A stretch of DNA of 62,799 bases, filler included, from Desulfonatronovibrionaceae bacterium (GTDB lineage Bacteria; Desulfobacterota; Desulfovibrionia; Desulfovibrionales; Desulfonatronovibrionaceae), in NCBI GenBank assembly GCA_046539845.1. It is 4 parts of 4 records of this genome, joined end to end, with 100 filler letters (N's around TTAATTAATTAA, not from the genome) between each part and the next. Parts side by side here need not be neighbours in the genome. Positions count along the whole stretch, not along the records: positions 55,977 to 62,799 come from JBKHGE010000064.1; 3 more parts are not named here. One strand, given 5' to 3'. The position numbers were made by a program, and so were the translations under genes. Below the pieces are notes generated by a model that saw only the letters and a list, made by a program, of their open reading frames with translations, made no database searches and had not been told where the DNA came from. How positions within the stretch are numbered: the stretch's first letter is position 1; every line of letters starts with the position of its first letter. Of this stretch, positions 55,978 to 62,799 are shown one piece after another.

Positions 55978-58725
55978 GATGGACGTCCTTTATGCGCCAA
56001 TAATGCTGCCGCGCAAAAGCTGGGGTATGATAATCCCCGGGAACTTGTTGAATCCGTTACCGATATAGCTTCACAGTTGTACGCTGACCCTAAGGCGAGG
56101 GACGAGATACTGCGTCTGCTGGAAACCAAGGGCACGGTGGAGGACTTTGAGTGCCGTCTGCTTCGCAGGGACGGGTCAAAATTCTGGGCTTCCCACACAG
56201 TGACAAAAGTTGAAGATCATGAGGCAAATACCAAGCATTATCAAGGGGTATTTGTTGACATAAGTCAGCGCAAGCAATCGGAAAAAGCGCAGCAGGAAAG
56301 CGAAAATAAGCTCAAAGCGCTGGCTGAGAAAAGCCCTACCTCGATAATGCTTTTTGATGAGCAGGGTCGAGTGGAATTTGTCAATGACTGGCATATTGAA
56401 AAGTTTGCCCGCAACAAACTGGGCAAGGATTATTTTCTGGGCAGGTCAGTACACGAATTCCCCGGGCTGGTTAATGCCGGAGTGGACACTGAGGTCGCCC
56501 GTATTTTCCAGGGAGAAAGCATCGAAATTGAGGAGGTCTATTTCCCTGAGTTCGCTGCAGGGGGCTCCGGGTGGGTAAGTATCAGGGCGGTTCCATTTCA
56601 CCAGGACGGCCGGATCGCGGGCGGGATTCTGATCCGGGAAAATATTACCGCAAGAAAGGAACTCGAGGCTGCCTTACATAAAAGTCAGCAAAAGTTCAGA
56701 TCCTTGGTGGAAAATGCCAAGGACATCATATTTTCCCATACACCGGATGGTTTCCTGACCTATCTGTCCCCGGGGACGACAGAAACGTTGGGTTATGAAG
56801 TTCAGGGCATTATAGGCAGTAATTTTCAGGATTATATCCATCCCCGGGATTTGCCGCTAGTGCAAAAGCACTACCAGGAGTTGCTTGAAAACGGCAACGC
56901 GCAAGATGGTGTTGAACATCGCATATTGCACAAAAACGGCCAATGGCGCTGGTTTCATGTAAGTGCCTCCGCCCAGAAAAACGCTGATGGCGGGATCGAA
57001 TCAATAGTAGGAGTGGCCCACGACATCACCCGGCGAAAGCAGATGGAAAAGGAGCTGCAAAACATTCTGGCTGAACTTTCAGCCATTTACGAGTATGCGC
57101 CGGTGGTCATGCTTTTGGTGGACGAAGACAGACGGATACAGAAAGCCAATACAGTGGCCGCTAATTTTGCAGAACGCTCCATGCAGGAGATGCTGGGGCT
57201 TAGAGGCGGAGAGGCCCTGCGCTGCCTGCACCACCTGGATAATCCCCAAGGCTGTGGCTTCGGGGAGGCCTGCCAAAGCTGCCAGGTACGCCGGGCCGTG
57301 CTGAATACTCTTAGAGATCACAAATCCAGGAATAAATTGGAGGCCTGGCTTTCCTTTTCTTCAGGCGGTGAAAACGTAGACAAATGCCTGCTGGTGAATA
57401 CCGCCTACCTGGAAATTGCCGGCCAAAACAGGGTCCTGGTCTGTCTGCAGGACATCACCTGCATCAAGGAAACCGAGCAGGCCCTGGAGCGGGCCAAACA
57501 GGAGGCGGAAACAGCCAATCAATCCAAGAGTACGTTCCTGGCCAACATGAGTCACGAGATAAGGACCCCGCTAAACGGCATCATGGGTATGATGCAGCTC
57601 TTGGAGTTAACCGAGCTGAATGAGGAACAGCAGGAGTATGTGCAGACCGCGGGCAATGCCTCCAGGCGTTTGACCAATCTGCTATCGGACATCCTGGATC
57701 TGTCCCGGATTGAGGCGGGCAAAATGCAGATCCAGCCCGAGACCTTCAGCCTGCGGGAACTGTGCGAGTCGGTAACCAGCCTGTTCATGCCCCTGGCCGG
57801 GGACAAGGGGCTGGAGCTGAAATACTCTATTGCCCCTTCCCTGCCGAAAAAGGCGATAGGTGATGAGAAACGGATACAGCAGATTCTTTTCAATCTGGTG
57901 GGCAACTCCATCAAATACACCAGGCAGGGACAGGTAAGCCTGGAGCTAACGCCTTTCTCCCCTCCGGAAAAAGAACAGAACCTGCAACTGTGTTTCCGGA
58001 TACAAGATACAGGCATAGGCATCCCGGAAGACAAGCTTAAGAGCCTGTTCGAGCCCTTCACGCAGGTGGACGGCTCCATTACTCGCAGCTACCAGGGCGC
58101 TGGCCTGGGACTATCCATTGTGCGCAGGCTAGTGGGACTGATGGACGGGGATATCTCTATACAGAGCCGGGTTGATGAAGGGACCTCGGTGCAGGTGGTT
58201 CTGCCAGTTGGCCTACCCGCAGGCTCCCCCTCGACCGGGCACGAGGAAGCTGGGCCCGGGCAATCTACAGAGACGGGCCTGCACATCCTGCTGGCCGAGG
58301 ATGAACCTTCCGGCCAACTCTTTGTCCAAAGACTGCTGCAAAGTGCCGGACACCGGGTAACAGTGGCTGAAAACGGGGAAGAGGTTTTAAGGTTGCTGGC
58401 CAGACATGATTTCGACTGTATTTTAATGGATATCCAGATGCCGGATATGGACGGGGTACAGGCCACAAAGCGGATAAGGGAAATGGAACAGGTAAATCGG
58501 CAAAGGGCAGAAGAAAAGCACACCGGACAGGAAATTCATCAATCCCGGAACGCCGATATTCCGGCATCCCAGCATTCGGACATCCCCATCATCGCCCTGA
58601 CCGCCCATGCCATGAGCGGGGACCGGGAGAATCTCCTGGAGCAGGGCCTGGATGACTATCTGGCCAAGCCCGTGGACAAAGAAGAACTTTTGGCAGTGTT
58701 GGAGAGGAACTTGCCCGCCCCTTGA
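55978..58725 (+). CDS. Multi-PAS hybrid sensor histidine kinase/response regulator (5' partial)
   Basis: Frame open from the contig start (DGRPLCANNAAAQKLGY..., PAS). Several PAS/PAC repeats, FLANMSHEIRTPLNG, GNSIKYT, DTGIG, GAGLGL; REC with LAED, MDIQMP, TAHAM, KP. Confidence 0.92.
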   Translation, partial: DGRPLCANNAAAQKLGYDNPRELVESVTDIASQLYADPKARDEILRLLETKGTVEDFECRLLRRDGSKFWASHTVTKVEDHEANTKHYQGVFVDISQRKQSEKAQQESENKLKALAEKSPTSIMLFDEQGRVEFVNDWHIEKFARNKLGKDYFLGRSVHEFPGLVNAGVDTEVARIFQGESIEIEEVYFPEFAAGGSGWVSIRAVPFHQDGRIAGGILIRENITARKELEAALHKSQQKFRSLVENAKDIIFSHTPDGFLTYLSPGTTETLGYEVQGIIGSNFQDYIHPRDLPLVQKHYQELLENGNAQDGVEHRILHKNGQWRWFHVSASAQKNADGGIESIVGVAHDITRRKQMEKELQNILAELSAIYEYAPVVMLLVDEDRRIQKANTVAANFAERSMQEMLGLRGGEALRCLHHLDNPQGCGFGEACQSCQVRRAVLNTLRDHKSRNKLEAWLSFSSGGENVDKCLLVNTAYLEIAGQNRVLVCLQDITCIKETEQALERAKQEAETANQSKSTFLANMSHEIRTPLNGIMGMMQLLELTELNEEQQEYVQTAGNASRRLTNLLSDILDLSRIEAGKMQIQPETFSLRELCESVTSLFMPLAGDKGLELKYSIAPSLPKKAIGDEKRIQQILFNLVGNSIKYTRQGQVSLELTPFSPPEKEQNLQLCFRIQDTGIGIPEDKLKSLFEPFTQVDGSITRSYQGAGLGLSIVRRLVGLMDGDISIQSRVDEGTSVQVVLPVGLPAGSPSTGHEEAGPGQSTETGLHILLAEDEPSGQLFVQRLLQSAGHRVTVAENGEEVLRLLARHDFDCILMDIQMPDMDGVQATKRIREMEQVNRQRAEEKHTGQEIHQSRNADIPASQHSDIPIIALTAHAMSGDRENLLEQGLDDYLAKPVDKEELLAVLERNLPAP

Positions 58726-58799
58726 CTTGCCCCGCTTCACTCCTCATGGTTATAAGTATGAGCAAAGATTATATCCAATGGTAAGCAAGGAGGTAGGTG

Positions 58800-59246
58800 A
58801 TGGGATATAAGGCATGGATAGTGGTGGCGGACAGTGCCCGGGCCAGGATCCTGGGGGCCAACAAGCCCAGCGGAAGCGACCTTGCCGAGCTGGAGGTGAA
58901 ATATCATCCCGAATCCAGGATGAAGAATGGGGAAATGTACGCGGACAAGCCCGGGCGCATGCAGTCCATGCAAGGCAAATTCCGGTCGTCCACCGGACAT
59001 CCCCCGGCGCATGAGCTCGAGGCGGAGCGCTTCGCCCGGAGCCTGGCCGAGTATCTGGACAAAAGCCATCATCAAAAGAAGTTTGATCGCCTGGTGCTGG
59101 TGGCCCCGCCCAATTTTCTGGGGAATTTGCGAAACGAGGCCGGGGAACAGCTGCAAAAGGCGGTAGCAAGCGAAATAAACAAGGACCTGAGCCACTTGGA
59201 AAAGGTGGAGGATATCCGAAAGCATCTGCCGGACTATCTGTGGTAA
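58800..59246 (+). CDS. Host attachment protein (AtsE/baeRF12-like)
   Basis: WIVVADSARARI, DKPGR, ERFARSLAEYL, LVLVAPP.FLG.LR, EINKDL. Confidence 0.85.
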   Translation: MGYKAWIVVADSARARILGANKPSGSDLAELEVKYHPESRMKNGEMYADKPGRMQSMQGKFRSSTGHPPAHELEAERFARSLAEYLDKSHHQKKFDRLVLVAPPNFLGNLRNEAGEQLQKAVASEINKDLSHLEKVEDIRKHLPDYLW

Positions 59247-59270
59247 TAAAAAGTGGGAGGTTAAAAACTG

Positions 59271-59475
59271 GTAACTATTCAGAGATTTACTTTAAAAAAG
59301 ATGTAAATAAAGTCTATTGGAGCGCAAAGTCGCGAAGTACGCAAAGCTTAAGACGCGACGCTTAAGTATTGTCCGAATCCGGGTAACGGTTTTGGACAAG
59401 GCAGCCTTTAAATTTGCTGATTCCCGGCAAATTTAAAAAACCTTGGTCCGCTTTACATATATGGTGAACAGATAC
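59271..59475. repeat. Small structured inverted-repeat element (MITE/REP-like)
   Basis: Imperfect terminal IR GTAACTATTCAG / GTGAACAGATAC, internal CGC(A/G)AAG x3, hairpins at 59369-59399 and 59407-59437 (TTTAAATTTGC-9nt-GCAAATTTAAA). Confidence 0.55.
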
Positions 59476-59555
59476 AAAAATTGGGTTCCTCGCACAAATA
59501 TGTACAAAATTTTATAGCCGTTATATAATCACTGCATTTTCCCAAGCCCCCGGTT

Positions 59556-62500
59556 TCAGCTCATGTTTTTCTTCAGAACCCGGATCAACTCGCCACCGTC
59601 CACGGGCTTGGAGATGTAATCGTCCATCCCTGAGGCCAAAAATTTTTCCCGGTCCCCGCTCATAGCATAGGCGGTCAGGGCAACAATCGGTATTTCCCGG
59701 AAATCACCTTCTGAGGCCCGGATTTTTAGGGTGGCCTGCACCCCGTCCATAACCGGCATCTGGATATCCATCAAAACGCAGTCAAATCCGCCGTCATCCA
59801 ACTCTAAAAGGGCTTCCTCACCGTTATTGGCCGTTTTTACTATACACCCGGATTTCTTAAGGAACTTATTAATCACCATCTGGGTGGCTGAATCATCGTC
59901 AACCAAAAGCACCCGTTTTCCGGCCAGGGGCTGCCCGGCCTCGGATGCTGCGGATTTTTCCGCCCCCGAGCGCAGCTCTTCCGGGAATGCAAGGGGGAGA
60001 CTCACATACACTGCGGTCCCTTTTCCTTTATGGCTGTCTATGGCCATGTTTCCGTGCATGAGACGGACAATCCGTTTCACCAGGGCAAGGCCCAGACCGG
60101 CCCCTTCAAATTCCCGGGTATAAGCTGAACCGGAATCATTGGCCTGGCTGAAGGTCTCCAATACCCGGCTTAATTGCTCATCCGGAATACCCTGGCCCGT
60201 GTCCCGGACCACAAAAAGCATCCGGCACTGTCCGGGTTCGATCTCGGACAATCTCCAGGCCTGCACCCGGACCCGGCCCTCGGAGGTATATTTGCAGGCG
60301 TTGCCGGCCAGGTTAAAAAGGACTTGAGTCAGGCGGGTGTCGTCCCCTATCAGTCTTTGCGGGACGGAATCCTGGATATCCACGCTAAGGGTGTTTTTAT
60401 TCTTGTTGCACACATGGGCGAATATATCCCGGATGGAGTGTATAACCTCCCTTAACTCAAACTCCCTCTGCCTTAGCTCCAGCTTATCCGCCTCGATACG
60501 GCTGAGATCCAGGATATCGCTTAGAAGCCGGTTCAGCCGGTCCGTGGACTTAACAGCCAGATCTACATACTCCCTTTGCTCATTATCCAGGGGCGTGTCC
60601 CGGACAAGCTGAAGCATGCCCAAAATTCCGTTTAAGGGGGTCCTTATCTCGTGGCTCATATTGGCCAGAAACTCGGATTTGGACTTGTTGGCCGTCTCGG
60701 CCTTTTCCTTGGCCTGCAAAAGTGCCTTTTCCGCGCGCTTGCGCCGGATAATGCCCCACATTCCTTGCATGAGCAGGGTCAACTGCCGGATGTCGGAAGC
60801 GTTATACTCACTCTCCTTGTTGGCCACCCCGGCCACCAGGACTATTCTGTCCCCGTCAAAAACCGGCACATTCATGTGCCTTGTGATGGACACATGGCCC
60901 TGGGGATATCCTTTTTTGAGCGGATCTGTCTGGTAATCATTGGAAATAACCGGCTCTCTCTGGCGCACTGCCTCCCCCCACAGACCGGCTTTATTAAGGG
61001 GATAGACAAGAGGCTTGTCTCCAACCCGGCATTTTTGCATTGCCTTCCTGGACCAGCTGTGCATGGTTAGCTCACTCTCACTGCTGTTTAAAAAGGCCAG
61101 ATACCCGATTTCGCTTCCAGTCAGGCGCACCGCCTCTTCCAGGGCGAAATCGGTAAGCTCGCCAGTGGGGCTGGATATCATTTTGCCCAACTTAACCAGT
61201 GCATTCAGGCGGGACTCGTTCAGGCGTATTTCCTCATCCGCTTTTTTCTGTCTAATGATGTCCCAGATCACGTCCGCCAGGTAATAAAGTCTTTCTTTAT
61301 CTTTTTCCGTGTATTCCCCGGCCTTGTTCCCCACCCCGAGAATGGCCTCTATCCTGTCTTCCCGAAATACCGGGACCACCATTTGCCGGGTTACCGGGGT
61401 ATGCCCCCGGGGCAGACCTTTTTTATGCTTCAAAGCATTATAATCATTGTGAATGATCGGCTTTTTCTCCCGGATGCAGTCCACCCACACCCCGGCCTGG
61501 TCCACCGGATAGTGCCTGCCCTTTCCCCCGGCCCGGCAGAATTCCTGCAGAGTTCGGCTCGACCATTGCTGCAGGGAAAGCGTCTTTTGGTCCTCGTGCA
61601 CGAAATGGAAAAAGCCTATGGGGCTGTCCATCAGGGCGCAGACTTCATCCAAAGCCTTGCGCAAAAGCTCGTTCAGGGAATGGGCCGGAGCATATTCGAT
61701 CAGATCCAGGCGGAGCTGAGTCGCCCGTCTGGCGAAGTATTCCTCGGTCACGTCCCTAAAGACTAGAACCACGCCGGTAATCTCACCTTGATCGTTACGG
61801 ATCGGGGAAGCCGAGTCCGCGATCTGATACTCCCGGCCGTCCCTGGCGATCAGGACCGTATGATTGGCCAGCCCCTGGACGTTCCCGGTCTCAAGCACTT
61901 TTTGCACCGGATCCACACCCGGCTCCCGGGTGTGGGAACTTACTATTCGGAAAACCTGGGAAAAAAGTCTGCCCCGGGTCTGGGCAAAGTCCCATCCGGT
62001 CAGGTGCTCGGCCACGGGATTCATGTGCGTGATCCGGCCCTGTGTGTCCGCGGCGATCACCGCGTCCTCGATGGACTCAAAAGTGATACGCAGGTTCTCC
62101 TCGCTCTTTTTCCGGGCCTCTTCGCTCATTGCCCGGGTCACGATCTGCCCGATGAGCTTGGCGGATATGCCCAGCCTTTTCTTGGCCAGATCAATCAGGT
62201 ACCGGGGGCGGGGCTGATATGCCCGGGCGGTTCGGTAAAGCTCCTGTTCGCTTACCTGATAGAGCTCGGCCAGTTCCCGGATTTTTTCCGGGTCCCGGGG
62301 CGGGGTGCCGTACCCGAAATTGATCGCGCCCACCACTTGATCCCCGGCGAAAATGGGCTCTGCATACATGTTTATCCCGCCGATACACTGCACATCCGTG
62401 CTTTTGCCCGATTCTATGGCCGGAAGGGCGGATTCGTTCCAGCAAAACTCATGGCAGAGCCATTTCCCAGAGGAAAGAGCCTCTTGGTTGTCCTCGGTAC

Positions 62501-62799
62501 GGGCGAGCTCCCTGGAGGAGGCATCCATTAAGCGGCACCATCCGGAGGAAAACATGCCAAAGGCATAATCCCCGTTCAGTTCGTAAACCGCCACAGAAGT
62601 ATCCAGAAGATCTATGGCATCCTCGGCTATGGCCCTGAGGGTCTCTTTGCCCACAGAGTCCAGGATAAGCCTGTACGTGTTCAACTCGGAGACGTCGCCG
62701 TAAAAAGGTTCGTATTTCCCGGGCTTTTCCGGGGAAAAATCATAGCCTTGATCCGCAGCTCGGTCGTCTGCTCCGTTAACGCCAATCAAACTTTCCAGG
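59556..62799 (-). CDS. Hybrid histidine kinase: PocR-like, PAS, two GAF, HisKA, HATPase, REC (5' extends beyond window)
   Basis: SGWC...WLCH..CW...CIGG...PI...VGAINFG (PocR-like), PAS (ADSASPI), two GAF domains (PIIHNDY; PVISNDY), FLANMSHEIRTPLNG, GAGLGL, MDIQMP. Frame open to the window end. Confidence 0.92.
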   Translation of the reverse strand, partial: LESLIGVNGADDRAADQGYDFSPEKPGKYEPFYGDVSELNTYRLILDSVGKETLRAIAEDAIDLLDTSVAVYELNGDYAFGMFSSGWCRLMDASSRELARTEDNQEALSSGKWLCHEFCWNESALPAIESGKSTDVQCIGGINMYAEPIFAGDQVVGAINFGYGTPPRDPEKIRELAELYQVSEQELYRTARAYQPRPRYLIDLAKKRLGISAKLIGQIVTRAMSEEARKKSEENLRITFESIEDAVIAADTQGRITHMNPVAEHLTGWDFAQTRGRLFSQVFRIVSSHTREPGVDPVQKVLETGNVQGLANHTVLIARDGREYQIADSASPIRNDQGEITGVVLVFRDVTEEYFARRATQLRLDLIEYAPAHSLNELLRKALDEVCALMDSPIGFFHFVHEDQKTLSLQQWSSRTLQEFCRAGGKGRHYPVDQAGVWVDCIREKKPIIHNDYNALKHKKGLPRGHTPVTRQMVVPVFREDRIEAILGVGNKAGEYTEKDKERLYYLADVIWDIIRQKKADEEIRLNESRLNALVKLGKMISSPTGELTDFALEEAVRLTGSEIGYLAFLNSSESELTMHSWSRKAMQKCRVGDKPLVYPLNKAGLWGEAVRQREPVISNDYQTDPLKKGYPQGHVSITRHMNVPVFDGDRIVLVAGVANKESEYNASDIRQLTLLMQGMWGIIRRKRAEKALLQAKEKAETANKSKSEFLANMSHEIRTPLNGILGMLQLVRDTPLDNEQREYVDLAVKSTDRLNRLLSDILDLSRIEADKLELRQREFELREVIHSIRDIFAHVCNKNKNTLSVDIQDSVPQRLIGDDTRLTQVLFNLAGNACKYTSEGRVRVQAWRLSEIEPGQCRMLFVVRDTGQGIPDEQLSRVLETFSQANDSGSAYTREFEGAGLGLALVKRIVRLMHGNMAIDSHKGKGTAVYVSLPLAFPEELRSGAEKSAASEAGQPLAGKRVLLVDDDSATQMVINKFLKKSGCIVKTANNGEEALLELDDGGFDCVLMDIQMPVMDGVQATLKIRASEGDFREIPIVALTAYAMSGDREKFLASGMDDYISKPVDGGELIRVLKKNMS

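Noticed and set aside
1..62799. tRNA, rRNA, prophage or known defence-system genes
   Set aside because: None recognised by eye in any intergenic region or ORF. A covariance-model scan was not possible.

Overview
Draft-genome window from a sulfate-reducer-like deltaproteobacterium (Desulfovibrionales/Desulfohalobiaceae-like gene content; inferred, not searched). It is four separate contigs joined by artificial 100-nt linkers (N44-TTAATTAATTAA-N44 at 18670-18769, 37282-37381 and 55877-55976), so no neighbourhood can be inferred across those joins. Contig 1: paaK 3' end, a frameshifted EAL-HDOD gene, argC, a class V aminotransferase, polA, a DHH protein, cobU and cbiR, an unannotated 48-aa ORF, an EndoQ-UvrD fusion, a PilS-like kinase, mogA, DUF1614, and livFG plus a livM disrupted by an IS701-family element. 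Contig 2: yjbQ, cobT, a decayed hicAB toxin-antitoxin locus absent from the ORF track, rssA, pgpA, maf, gcvH-PA-PB-lpd, nitroreductase, ABC-F, pilC, asd, class IV aminotransferase, GT4, MBL hydrolase and an FmdE-like gene. Contig 3: thiolase-gabT-AOR operon, a Nik/Opp ABC transporter with two divergent SAM methyltransferases, a secreted GH3, DUF6125, and a REP-associated tyrosine transposase (RAYT). Five copies of a 33-bp palindromic repeat surround the RAYT and also bracket a selO/ydiU + cvfB gene pair. Contig 4: two partial hybrid histidine kinases, a host-attachment protein and a small structured inverted-repeat element. The best candidate for an undescribed system is the RAYT/REP family with its repeat-bounded cargo.
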